A DNA stretch of 46,018 nucleotides from an uncultured Nitrososphaerales archaeon. GTDB lineage: Archaea; Thermoproteota; Nitrososphaeria; Nitrososphaerales; Nitrososphaeraceae. Made by a program: the position numbers and the translations under genes. Where the stretch lies: assembly GCA_963709405.1 (NCBI GenBank), contig CAVPXM010000033.1, positions 1 through 46,018 of the forward strand, read 5' to 3'. Below are positions 21,968-32,338 of this stretch, piece by piece. How positions within the stretch are numbered: position 1 is the stretch's first letter; every line of letters starts with the position of its first letter. Below the pieces are notes generated by a model. That model had not been told where the DNA came from and did not search any database. It saw only the letters and a program-made list of their open reading frames with translations.

Positions 21968-23002
21968 TTGAGAACAGGCTTCAAGTACAGTTGTCCCCTC
22001 TGCCCGCAACAATCAAGCAGGCGATACAACATGGAGGTTCATATTCAAAGAAAACATAATGGCACAGGAAGCCTCGTTAAGAATTACAATCGTGATGGAG
22101 CTGCTTCTACCACATCAGATCCAGGCCTTTCCTTAAAAGATGATTGTTCAAAATATTATTATAATAACACGTTACGGCGTTTCCTGCCAATCTCTGGATC
22201 CTATATCCAGAACACGAACTATAGCACCTCCTACAATGCGTCAAATCAGCTTCTAAACTGGGTGGAAGTCATGGAGAGAATGTTAACGTTAGCCGAAAAA
22301 ACCAAAAGAACTTTTCATTATCCGCCTTACAATTCTCCTTTCAATTGTACACCGCCATCGGGAGACTATATAACTGGTGGTCCAGCTCCTCAGCAGCAAC
22401 TCAATATGCGTCCCCAAAGGAGTTGTCAAGCCACTGCTAATAATGGTTATCCCCGTATTTACAAATCAATTCCTTATGAAGAAGTACAAGGATTTCGTGT
22501 GGATGCTTGCCCCAAATGTTTGGACACCTATTCTATACCCATCTATAAAGAACAGGGAATCGGTCCTGAAGAATTGATGAAAAAAATGACAGGAAGCTCA
22601 CTACATGAGTGTAGAACCGAAAAATTATATCAAATCCTGAACTTAACGCCTTCGCAGAAAAAAACTAGCTATATTAAATTACAAAATGAGATTAGACCTT
22701 GCATAATAGAAGAGGTTAGGGATTGGTTACAGAATAATAAGGCTTGTTTGAGGTCTGTCAAGTTACAATCTAATCCAGAATCCGAATGTGTTCATTTTAG
22801 GATGTCTAACGAAGAATTTGGCTTCGTTCCGAGAGCTATCAAAAATGAACAAACAATATTGCAGGAGGATGAGCTAATTGACTTCTTGCTAGTATGTAAA
22901 TTTCGGTCTACAGCAGCTTACATTTGTATCGATTTGGAATCTGCTGCTGTAAAGCGCTTAAATTCATCATTGTATATACTCTTTATTAGTAGGTCAACGT
23001 AA
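21968..23002 (+). CDS. C2H2 zinc-finger-containing hypothetical protein, 344 aa
   Basis: CPLCPQQSSRRYNMEVHIQRKH at the N-terminus; second CPKC...HEC site; GGAGG upstream of the TTG start. Confidence 0.8.
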   Translation: MRTGFKYSCPLCPQQSSRRYNMEVHIQRKHNGTGSLVKNYNRDGAASTTSDPGLSLKDDCSKYYYNNTLRRFLPISGSYIQNTNYSTSYNASNQLLNWVEVMERMLTLAEKTKRTFHYPPYNSPFNCTPPSGDYITGGPAPQQQLNMRPQRSCQATANNGYPRIYKSIPYEEVQGFRVDACPKCLDTYSIPIYKEQGIGPEELMKKMTGSSLHECRTEKLYQILNLTPSQKKTSYIKLQNEIRPCIIEEVRDWLQNNKACLRSVKLQSNPESECVHFRMSNEEFGFVPRAIKNEQTILQEDELIDFLLVCKFRSTAAYICIDLESAAVKRLNSSLYILFISRST

Positions 23003-23407
23003 ACGGTCTGCGGTCCAATCCTGCCAGCATGAGGAGGAGTCAATCATGAAGGTTGACGAACTGTCGTTCATGTATCATTCATCTTATAGATATCCGATAT
23101 TTTCAACCCAGTCTAAATTTGATTCTATCATACATTCACAAACCGTGCATCTCTATTTCGCATGCGATACAGACCCAATAATTGAAAGTTTATGCTCACT
23201 ACCTATTAGTTATGATAGACATATTCAGCATGAATGACGGAATATGTATTGAGGAATTGACCAGTACATCAATTTACTAATGCCTGCAATCGTGGAACTT
23301 TACTAAACAAAGCATTCGTCACACACCCAAGATTATTTCAATAAGATGAAATAATACCTCTTGATACGTTAGACTTACCACGACTTCCATATAATACTGT
23401 CCGTCTC

Positions 23408-24658
23408 TTAATATCCACTTTGCTTGTGCTTCTCTATAGTTGCTCCGACAGTAATGAGAGCAGCTTTCTTTTTTGCAATTCGGTTATATATCTCGCCATG
23501 CTGAGAAGCTATATTTTGCCAGCTAATATTCGGCCTAAATTCCTCAACCGCATTTTTGTACGTGGCATATCTCTTGTCTAGAAATACTAGTCCTTTTGAA
23601 AATGCGTTAGCATCGCGCTTCACAGTTATGCCCAGTCCCTTTGAAGAAAATTCTTTAAAAAAATCCAAATCAGTTGCCACAAAGGGAAGACCGTGTGCTA
23701 GAGCGTCGAACATCACTCCTGAGCCGGAGCTCACCTTGTATGGAAGGATTACTGCATCAGCTGACGAAAAGAGTAGCGATAGTTCTTCTTCAGAAAGAAA
23801 ATCTTTGTGCAAGTTGATTATTCCATTTTTAACAAAGTTGTTGTCAATTCGTTCCATGCTGTAATGATTTCTTGAAGAGTTCATTACGATTGTCCAGCCT
23901 GGAGGAATATCCATCTTTTTCAATATATCCCACCCTTTAGTAGAGGTCATAAAGCCCAAAGCAAGCGCTATTCTTTTGTCTCCTGGGAGGTTAAAGACCT
24001 CTCTTGCCTCCATCTTTCCTCTCCGCGATGATGAACTAGATTCTGCGCCGTGGAGTATTATTTGGCCTCCTCCGATCATCTTGGACATGTAGTTAGAGAA
24101 TACTATGCCTGCTGCACTCTTGGCAAGCTTTTCCTTACTCAGATTATGAAAGGAATGATAATTAAGTATTCTTTTCCAATATCTGATAACGGTATTATTT
24201 GAATACTTCTCCAAAAGGCTCGATTTGGATCGAGGTTTCAACGGGACAACCAAATTTAACCACTGCTTTATAGTGTACGCAGAATGGAATGTGGTTACGA
24301 TCGGTACTTTGCATTGGTCATAAAATGAATCTATGTTTGTACGTGTTTTTCGAGGATCAAGCCCATCTAGCACATACCCATACATGCCTTGCTCATACTG
24401 GATATGAACTATGTCAGGTTTGACTTCATCCACTAGTTGCAATAAGACATTTGAATCGTCGGCGTGTGATGGGGAAAGTCCGGAAAAATCACCGTGACCT
24501 AACTTATTGCAGACAACCTGTACATCAAAACCTATTTTGCGCAGCTCACTGGTCAGATTGCAGGTATAGCGTCCAAGGCCACCCTGCATTGGGGGGTATT
24601 CAGGGCATACCATCAAAATGCGAGGAATTAACGGAGAACTTTTAGAATCTGTATTCAC
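23408..24658 (-). CDS. Glycosyltransferase family 4 (GT-B)
   Basis: ILMVCPEYPPMQGGLGRYT, PDIVHIQYE, GFMTSTKG, ADAVILPY..SSGSGVMFDALAHGLPFVATD. Confidence 0.92.
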   Translation of the reverse strand: MNTDSKSSPLIPRILMVCPEYPPMQGGLGRYTCNLTSELRKIGFDVQVVCNKLGHGDFSGLSPSHADDSNVLLQLVDEVKPDIVHIQYEQGMYGYVLDGLDPRKTRTNIDSFYDQCKVPIVTTFHSAYTIKQWLNLVVPLKPRSKSSLLEKYSNNTVIRYWKRILNYHSFHNLSKEKLAKSAAGIVFSNYMSKMIGGGQIILHGAESSSSSRRGKMEAREVFNLPGDKRIALALGFMTSTKGWDILKKMDIPPGWTIVMNSSRNHYSMERIDNNFVKNGIINLHKDFLSEEELSLLFSSADAVILPYKVSSGSGVMFDALAHGLPFVATDLDFFKEFSSKGLGITVKRDANAFSKGLVFLDKRYATYKNAVEEFRPNISWQNIASQHGEIYNRIAKKKAALITVGATIEKHKQSGY

Positions 24659-24749
24659 ATATTAAGTAATATATATATCTTAATATAAGTCTAATCCTAT
24701 ATCTATCATAATGGTTAAATACGCACGCAGATCATTATGTGAGAGGTAA

Positions 24750-24935
24750 ATGCCTACAAAACATACGGTTACCATTACATCAATGGGATCGAGTTCGATA
24801 ATAGTTTTGCCCAAGCCTGTTGTAGATGGCTTTAATTTAACAAAGGGGAATAGGCTAGAAATGATTGTCAAGGATGATGGAATATACATTCCCCTTGGAG
24901 AAAAGCTTCAGGACACAAAGAAATTAGCTACTTAA
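24750..24935 (+). CDS. AbrB/MazE/SpoVT-family DNA-binding protein
   Basis: VTITSMGSSSIIVLPKPVVDGFNLTKGNRLEMIVKDDGIYI is a swapped-hairpin signature; transcribed divergently from the GT4. Confidence 0.85.
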   Translation: MPTKHTVTITSMGSSSIIVLPKPVVDGFNLTKGNRLEMIVKDDGIYIPLGEKLQDTKKLAT

Positions 24936-25823
24936 GGAAACAACTAAGAATCTGTTACAGTGAATTAATCCGATTTGAAGTGAGACAGCACTTTAAGGGG
25001 ACGCTGTCACACATTTCTAATTTCGTCTAATAAGCATGCATTTATAGATTAACTTCAATCGGTTATGTTAGACGAAATGCACGTGAATCTGACCGATGGT
25101 ATGACCTCATAACACGTTCGACATGCTTATACTTATCGAGCACATTGAAATTTGTAACGCTGCTCTGCGCTTTCTCATCCATATAGTTTGTCTATATCAC
25201 GTTTGTCAGCCTAATCGTTTGCCAAAAGATCTAACATTGCTAATATACTCCTCATTCATTTGTGTGAATGAACTACTTGTGCCAACTTTTCGGCTGCAAC
25301 GTGGAAAGTCGTGAGCTTCTCTTTTTCTCTCCTTGCTCCTCAGACTTCCTAAGAGATTCTAAACTATCTGCTAGACCAGTTAAGGCAACAGGATGATTTG
25401 CTTCATATTCGTGTATTTTTTTAAACCATGATATTGTATATTCCAGTTTGTTCTTTTTAAGAAAACGACCATTTTTTATTGTCCCAAGCATTATCAAAAA
25501 GCTGAGCGAACAGCATATTTATCATTCTATTAAAAAGCGTTACTACTTTGGCGTATTGCTTAGGATCAGTCAGACTAATACCCATTTTCCAATCTGTTTT
25601 ATTCCACAGCAGACCAATATTCCAAGTTGGATAGGACCGCTGGCCTTAGCTAGATGAGCGTCTTCCTGTTCCTCTCTATCTAGAATCAGTCCAGAATTCA
25701 TTGCTATCTGTATAAAGTACTGTATAGGTAATATACCTCTGCTATTTGGTACATTAATGTATACCCCTCCCGGTCTACTGCAGGTGTTCCAGCTTATAAT
25801 ACACACTGGATCGCAGTTTTGTT

Positions 25824-26027
25824 ATGAAAAAGAAGGCTTTAATACAAGCATACTCTGATGCCTCACAGATCAAGAAAACTGGACAGATCAGTACTATTCA
25901 TACAGAATCAAAAGAGACAGAACACGAAACAGAAAGATCTCACTGTCATATTATAATGATTTTATCATACTCTGAATTTGATAGACTTTGCTACTTTTGT
26001 GAAAAAGGCAGACTTTTCATTGTATAA
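25824..26027 (+). CDS. Hypothetical protein upstream of the PolB2 module
   Basis: 67-aa ATG ORF with HCH and CYFC; weak support. Confidence 0.35.
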   Translation: MKKKALIQAYSDASQIKKTGQISTIHTESKETEHETERSHCHIIMILSYSEFDRLCYFCEKGRLFIV

Positions 26028-26148
26028 CACCTTAAAATTATTACTGAATTCAGCTAGTGATAGATCGCATTTGAATTTGTTTCTTCATAATGTTAGAAAT
26101 GATCAAGCGTCGCCTGCAATGATAGATATGACAGGATAGTTCCATAGA

Positions 26149-26450
26149 ATGAGTCTTTTTCCAAATCAAGATATTTTAATAAACGAAATTGAAGCATGGA
26201 AAGGTTTTACTGACAGCTTGCGTGCGGAAGACAAAGAATTATTCATTGAAATGTTAAATGATTGTTACAAGTATGCTCTTGCAATTAATACCAAAGATGA
26301 ACCTTTTCCAGCTGAATCTTTGCTTATGGCATTGCTGCCTTGAGCAGCAGAAGATAATTGAGATGTTAATTTCTAATTCTAATTATCATTCTGCAAAAAA
26401 AACAAGTGGTAAAAGAAAATCTTGACCAGGATATCTGGTTGGCTATTTGA
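26149..26450 (+). pseudogene. PolB2-associated small protein (arCOG07300-like) with a +1 frameshift at ~26339, possibly artefactual
   Basis: EIEAWKGFTDSLRAEDKELFIEMLNDC...PFPAESLLMALL|LEQQKII matches the pattern of the small helical PolB2 partner; the corrected ORF overlaps the polB2 start. Confidence 0.75.
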
Positions 26451-28749
26451 TGTTTATCCACTTGCAAATAAAATGATTGTTTGGATAAAACAGGACAACG
26501 GTAATACAATACGACTTGAAGATAATTGGAGTCATTCGATTTATGTAGCAGCAGATAATAAAGTAGATCTAAAATCATTAATATCGGCTGCAAAAGGAAA
26601 AGAAAATGATAATGAGAGTATTTCCTCTTTAATCAAAGAATACGAGTTTACTAGCCGTTATGAGAGAATTACAGATATTAAGGAAAGTGAAGTCCTCAAG
26701 TTAACCTTATCTGATTCAAGTAGAGCTATAGCCTTAGCTAGGCGTATAGAAAAGATTGGAGCCAAATTCGGAAAACTGCGAGTCTATAATGCAGATTTGC
26801 TCCCGGCACAATCGTACTTTTATGAACATGACTTATTTTCGCTAGCTTTTTGCGAAGCTACAATTCAGAACTCTAACAAATCAAAACTAGATTGGAAAAA
26901 TAAAGACAGTGCTTGGAGTACAGATTACAAGGTTCCTGAATTTAAGATTCTGCATGCAAAAGTTAATCAAAAAAAGACGTCAGCAATACCGAAATATTCT
27001 GACAAAATTGATTCAATAACAATTACGTGCAAACAGGATTCTAAATCATTTGAAATAGAGTCCGAATCCGAAGCTGATTTGATAAATGACTTCAAACGCG
27101 AAGTAGCAATGATAGATCCGGATTTCATATTTACTGAGGATGGTGATTCATTCACTTTTCCTTATCTAGTTTACAGAGCGGAGCAGCATGGAATGTATGA
27201 TAGCTTGATTCTAAGTAGAGACCCCATACCCTTGAGAAAACCTACTAGAGAAGGTACTTCCTATTTTTCATACGGTCATGTTTACTTTAAACCAATCACA
27301 GCAAAGCTATATGGAAGAATACATCTGGACAAAAGTAATTCATTCATATGGAATGAATCCGGATTACAAGGTCTATATGAAATAGCCAGAATTTGCAGAA
27401 TGCCGCTTCACACAGCATCTAGAGCTTCAATTGGAAAGTGCTTGAGTAGTTTACAATTCTACTATGCGACCACCAAGAAAAGGACATTAATTCCATGGAA
27501 GCCAGTTGTTGCAGAACATTTTAAAACACTATCAGAGCTTCTTATAGCGGATAGAGGTGGGTTTATTTTTGAACCAGAGACAGGAGTTCATGAGGGAGTA
27601 GCTGAATTTGACTTTGAATCTCTCTATCCTAATATTATGCGGAAATACAATCTATCAGCTGAAACTTTGGGATGTAATTGTTGTAGTTGTTCTGATTATT
27701 CTAAACTAACAGTTCCTGAATTGGGTTATCAAATATGCCACAAGAGAATCGGAATTGTACCAACATCTTTAAAGATAGTTCTGGAAAAGCGTGCAAGATA
27801 CAAGCAGTTGAAAAACCATAAAAGCAAGAAACCAAAACTAAAGGAAGTTTACGATGCCAGGTATTCTGCATTGAAATGGATTTTAGTTACGTCATTTGGG
27901 TATCTAGGATTTAATAATGCAAAATTTGGAAGGATTGATGCTCATATTGCAGTATGTGCTTTTGATAGAAAGATCTTGTTAGACACAGTCAAGATCGCAG
28001 AACAAAATGGATTTAGAGTTTTACACGGCATTGTTGACTCGGTATGGTTGCAAAATATGAATAAAGATAGAAGAGAACCCAATGAACAAGGAGAGTATAT
28101 GAAACTAAAAGAACTCATAGAACTGCAAACAGGTTTCAAGGTATCATTTGAAGGTATATACAAATGGATCGTTTTTGTTCATTCCAAAATAGACGATAAT
28201 TTACCAGTCCCTAATCGTTACTTTGGAGTATTTGAAAATGGTAGCTTGAAAATTAGAGGTATGGAAGCGAGAAGGCATGATACACCGCATCTTTTCTCTG
28301 AATGCCAGAATAAAATATTGGAACTGATGGCAAATGGAAATACCATTCGTGAAGTCAAAGCGCTGATGCCTAAAGTAAAAGCTATTTTTTATAACTATGT
28401 GCATCTCCTTAATCAAGGAAGAGTATCGTTTGAAGAACTGATATTTACCAAGCGTTTATCAAAGAATTCAAATGAGTATGAACAAAATAGAAACACTGTA
28501 GAAAACAACTCTATACAACAACTTGAACAAGAAGGGAAATCTATCAGAGCAGGAGAGATTTTAAAATATGTTGTAACTTCCGACTATCATAGAAAACAAT
28601 CAAAAAGAAGAGCCGTTCCTATTGAATTGGTAAATGACAAGACCACTTATAATGTAAGAAGATATACAGAATTACTTGCAGAAGTATGCAACTCAGTTAC
28701 TGAACCTTTTGGATATACTCTTGATTTAGATTTATCACTGACGAATTAA
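26422..28749 (+). CDS. polB2: Family B DNA polymerase, archaeal PolB2 subfamily
   Basis: N-terminal GWLFDVYP...MIVW; motif A DFESLYPNIM; motif B KWILVTSFGYLG; motif C HGIVDS; RYFG and KIRGMEARRHD; degenerate exonuclease motifs. Confidence 0.92.
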   Translation: MTRISGWLFDVYPLANKMIVWIKQDNGNTIRLEDNWSHSIYVAADNKVDLKSLISAAKGKENDNESISSLIKEYEFTSRYERITDIKESEVLKLTLSDSSRAIALARRIEKIGAKFGKLRVYNADLLPAQSYFYEHDLFSLAFCEATIQNSNKSKLDWKNKDSAWSTDYKVPEFKILHAKVNQKKTSAIPKYSDKIDSITITCKQDSKSFEIESESEADLINDFKREVAMIDPDFIFTEDGDSFTFPYLVYRAEQHGMYDSLILSRDPIPLRKPTREGTSYFSYGHVYFKPITAKLYGRIHLDKSNSFIWNESGLQGLYEIARICRMPLHTASRASIGKCLSSLQFYYATTKKRTLIPWKPVVAEHFKTLSELLIADRGGFIFEPETGVHEGVAEFDFESLYPNIMRKYNLSAETLGCNCCSCSDYSKLTVPELGYQICHKRIGIVPTSLKIVLEKRARYKQLKNHKSKKPKLKEVYDARYSALKWILVTSFGYLGFNNAKFGRIDAHIAVCAFDRKILLDTVKIAEQNGFRVLHGIVDSVWLQNMNKDRREPNEQGEYMKLKELIELQTGFKVSFEGIYKWIVFVHSKIDDNLPVPNRYFGVFENGSLKIRGMEARRHDTPHLFSECQNKILELMANGNTIREVKALMPKVKAIFYNYVHLLNQGRVSFEELIFTKRLSKNSNEYEQNRNTVENNSIQQLEQEGKSIRAGEILKYVVTSDYHRKQSKRRAVPIELVNDKTTYNVRRYTELLAEVCNSVTEPFGYTLDLDLSLTN

Positions 28750-29242
28750 TAACACATTACTATCAATATTAAAACTGGTAATAAAAGGCTGTATAGTGTA
28801 TAGATATAGGAATATGAATGGCATTAACTAAATGAAATATCACCACAAGAAATTCCTAAAGATATATCCTACATACATAAAGAGGAAAGATCGATGACAG
28901 ATTTACTTTTGTAACATAAATAGTATTCCAAGGATCACCACTGGTCCAAGAATGACTGGTATCTTTGACATAAGCTTCGGCGATTCCATGGATCAGAACT
29001 TAACATATAGTGAGTATTCTTGTAGCTTTACTTAATAGAAGAACAGATTCTCAAGAGAATCAAAACTTTTGTATTCTTAGTATTTGATGCTACTCCAATA
29101 GACAGGCTGTTTTGATTAATTCAATACAAATAAAGGTAGTTAAGGTACCCAGACTATTTTCTTGAAGTTGGAGTATTATTATTTCTTATTACATTGTTTA
29201 GCAAATTTCTCACAATCGGTATAAAGTCAAGTACTAGCGCTG

Positions 29243-29650
29243 CTAACGATATCCTATTCGTATTTTTTTTGATCGTGGTTGAAATAAATCATCGCCATCA
29301 ATTTCATCAACTTTAATATTTCCGTTTTGCCGCATTTGTTTTCTCCATTCCCTTAGTATCCACAATATTGTTGAAAAAGTATAAACTGGAATCAAGTCTC
29401 CCACAAATGGAATAAATTCAATTGCGTTTATGGCAGTTGATATCTTACTCTGTGTAATCCTAAACAGTAGACTCATCGTGATAACATCCAATATATCACC
29501 CAGCAGGGGCATATCAAAGACCGGAGCTGCGAAATAGTCCAGAAGATCGGCGATGATTGATATTCCCAACGCAGAGGTAGCCCTAAATTTAAATGATGAT
29601 TTGCTAATCAAGTCTGAATTATTCATTTTGACCAATTTTGATTTAGCCAT
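29243..29650 (-). CDS. Small membrane protein with DxLD / EFIPFVGDLIP motifs (DUF4112-like)
   Basis: Hydrophobic segments IIADLLDY, MPLLGDILD, IEFIPFVGDLIPVYT. Confidence 0.7.
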   Translation of the reverse strand: MAKSKLVKMNNSDLISKSSFKFRATSALGISIIADLLDYFAAPVFDMPLLGDILDVITMSLLFRITQSKISTAINAIEFIPFVGDLIPVYTFSTILWILREWRKQMRQNGNIKVDEIDGDDLFQPRSKKIRIGYR

Positions 29651-29901
29651 AATTCAATTAATTATCGGACAACCAATATATACCTATCACTAGCGATATA
29701 ACGTGAAGCCATTATTGTCTAGGCTATATCAAGTCAGCTTGAACTTGCTCCCATACTTGAATTATTAAAATTTAACATTAACATTCTAAGTTTACACTGG
29801 AAGTTCGTTCTATGCTAAATTCATCCTTATTGGCGATATTTATTATCATTATTATTAGTATGATTTATTCTTTATATATCTTATAGATAATAATTCAATA
29901 A

Positions 29902-30465
29902 TTGGTTGCTACTAATTCTTCTGTTGATGCTGATTTACTGAGAAGGACGAGGATATCTTTCATCATAACGTCAGGATTAGTAATAATTTTTGTAGTAAGT
30001 TATGGTTATCTAGAATATTACTACATAAACGATCCTGTACAGGGCAAGACTGCTAATCTTGCAGTAAAATCCGGAACACATCGTGTGGCTACTCCCGTAA
30101 TAGGTGGACTCTATTCTTATCACATCTTTCCCATGATAGTAATGTTTCTTTTGGTAGGCTTTGCTCCTTTCTTTGACAGTATAAGCTTTAATGTGCTTGG
30201 TAGACATGAAAGGAGAAAAGCTGCGTCTTTAGGTGTTGCAAACGTGCTATCAGCTATCCTAGTCGAGGATTTTACATGGTTTTTTTGTAGATGGTGGCTT
30301 CCTCTAGATAACGATCCTAAGAAAGGATTGTTAATGCAGGCTTCTGACTGGACAACAAAGAATCTAGGTGGGCTACACATACCTCACATAGGCCAATTTA
30401 ACAGTTTTGTTATACCATATTGGTATATAATTGCTATTGCGATTACTGGTGTGTTCTACTATTAA
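29902..30465 (+). CDS. Multi-pass membrane protein, hypothetical
   Basis: About four TM segments; YSYH, VEDFTWF and IPYWY motifs; TTTATATA upstream. Confidence 0.75.
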   Translation: MVATNSSVDADLLRRTRISFIITSGLVIIFVVSYGYLEYYYINDPVQGKTANLAVKSGTHRVATPVIGGLYSYHIFPMIVMFLLVGFAPFFDSISFNVLGRHERRKAASLGVANVLSAILVEDFTWFFCRWWLPLDNDPKKGLLMQASDWTTKNLGGLHIPHIGQFNSFVIPYWYIIAIAITGVFYY

Positions 30466-30591
30466 AAGATCTAGATAGCGGCATTAACAAAAAGAATTGA
30501 AATAGTCGTCTTTATAAGGAAGCCAAAGTTTGAAGGACCTTTAGTGCAGTCAATTAATATATACAATCATGCGTGAAAGATACGTATATCC

Positions 30592-31677
30592 ATGAACCAG
30601 CAAGAGCGAACAAGTACTGAAACAGCTCTGGTAGTAAATCCGAATTCCTGTGGTGGGTTAACAGGCAAGAACTGGGAAAGTCTTTACGGTGAGATCAAGG
30701 GTATCTTTGGTGAAAATCCTCTCGTTGTATTCAGCCAAAAACCTAGACATGGGACTACTCTTACAAGGGATTTATTAAGAAAGGGATTTAAAAAAATTAT
30801 TGCATTAGGTGGAGACGGAACTATAAACGAGGTCGTAAACGGCTTCTTTGAAGAAATGACAGGCTCAAATCAAACCCCTACTCATGTACTTGATACTCAT
30901 ATGCTTGGTAAACATAATCATGGCGAAAGAACTGAGGCATCGCCAGGCTTGAAACCTATAAACTCCGATGCAATGATGGGCGTGGTTCCAGCCGGGTCAA
31001 GAAATGTACTAGCCAAATCCTTGGATCTGCCTGATGGAATTGTTGAATGCTGCCAGAGATTCGTAAATGGCAAGCCCCAAAAGATAGATGTCATTTCAGC
31101 ATTAGTAACAACACCTGCAGTGCCGCCAGGAACAAATACAAATGAGCATCCTAACGAGGTTACAACTCGTATTTTTCTTAATGCAGCTGAAATGGGTGTT
31201 GGCGCAGAAATTATAGACAGATCAAAACGAATTAGAGACAAGGTCAAGAGCCGTTTTATATCCACAATTTCAAGTTTGATTGCCACGCTTCCTACCTATG
31301 AGAGCAACCTTTGTGAAATCTCTATAGACGATGGAGCTCAAAGTTTACTTTTGAAGATGACGATGGGAGTAATAGCTAATGGTAGCCATTTAGGAGGAGG
31401 ATTTAAAGCAGCTCCACAAGCAAGCATGTCAGATGGTTTGTTAGACATAACTATTCTTAAAAGCTCTGGTAGCTTCAAAATGTTGGAGGGGCTTGCCGAT
31501 ATGAGAGGTGATTCAAATGAACCAGTCGAGAATAATGACATCTTTTACACACAGGGCAAGAAGGTTTCAATTAAATCGAAAGAGAGAGATATCACCGTTA
31601 CCGTTGATGGTGAACCAATAGGCGTTCTTCCCGGAATCTTTCAAATGTATCAAAATGCTTTGACTCTAAAATTCTGA
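30592..31677 (+). CDS. Diacylglycerol/lipid kinase family protein (YegS/Rv2252/BmrU-like)
   Basis: VVNPNS, ALGGDGTINEVVNG, PAGSRNVLAKSL, GGGFKAAP, DGLLD, VDGE. Confidence 0.93.
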   Translation: MNQQERTSTETALVVNPNSCGGLTGKNWESLYGEIKGIFGENPLVVFSQKPRHGTTLTRDLLRKGFKKIIALGGDGTINEVVNGFFEEMTGSNQTPTHVLDTHMLGKHNHGERTEASPGLKPINSDAMMGVVPAGSRNVLAKSLDLPDGIVECCQRFVNGKPQKIDVISALVTTPAVPPGTNTNEHPNEVTTRIFLNAAEMGVGAEIIDRSKRIRDKVKSRFISTISSLIATLPTYESNLCEISIDDGAQSLLLKMTMGVIANGSHLGGGFKAAPQASMSDGLLDITILKSSGSFKMLEGLADMRGDSNEPVENNDIFYTQGKKVSIKSKERDITVTVDGEPIGVLPGIFQMYQNALTLKF

Positions 31678-32338
31678 GGCAAAACTCTATGTTAATCCAT
31701 AGTTATATCTTATATTGATAAATTACTCCGTGACCCTCCGAGAACTGGTGCATATCATATTGCCTAAGCATTAAGCACTTACAATCTAGAGCGTTAGGTA
31801 ACACATTAACATTTACACATTCCCCTCCTATATATTTAGAAAAATCAACTCTCCTCTCATCAATCTCGGGGTGAGAAAACTACGCCTTTAGAATACCTTT
31901 CATCCTTACGTTTCGAACGACAATTGAATGGCATGTCAGTGTTCGGTCCCCGGTAGCAATGCTACGATAGCCGTTACTAAAGACGATTCTATTCGTGCAT
32001 TTTCTCACAGGTGGTGTAAAGCAACTCCCACGGACATCAAAGTGGCACCACTTCAACGCACAGAGATTACAAAGGCGATTATCGCACAGTTAAGATGCGC
32101 TGCTGGTCGACGATCTGGTTGTTTATTCGTCTTGCCCTATTCGGACTCAAGTCTACAGTCTTTTATCCAAAATAACAGAGTAGTCTCCATAAAAAATTCC
32201 TTGTGAAAGTAGTTTTAATTCATTCATAGTGCGAGATGAACCGCAATAAGCACTACTCCACCGAACTACCACAAGATGAACGATATTTTATTCGTTTAAA
32301 AAGTAAAGATTAAAACATAGATATATGCTCCATAGGTA

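Noticed and set aside
25273-25806. Minus-strand ORFs 25273-25497 (faintly TPR-like) and 25570-25806
   Set aside because: Only one weak TPR-like segment, not enough to call.
26422-28749. polB as a casposon, pipolin or viral polymerase
   Set aside because: Motifs and the upstream small gene match cellular PolB2; no Cas1, integrase, TIRs or protein-priming features are seen.
31928-32206. 92-aa Cys-containing ORF
   Set aside because: No motif or promoter, and atypical composition; probably spurious.
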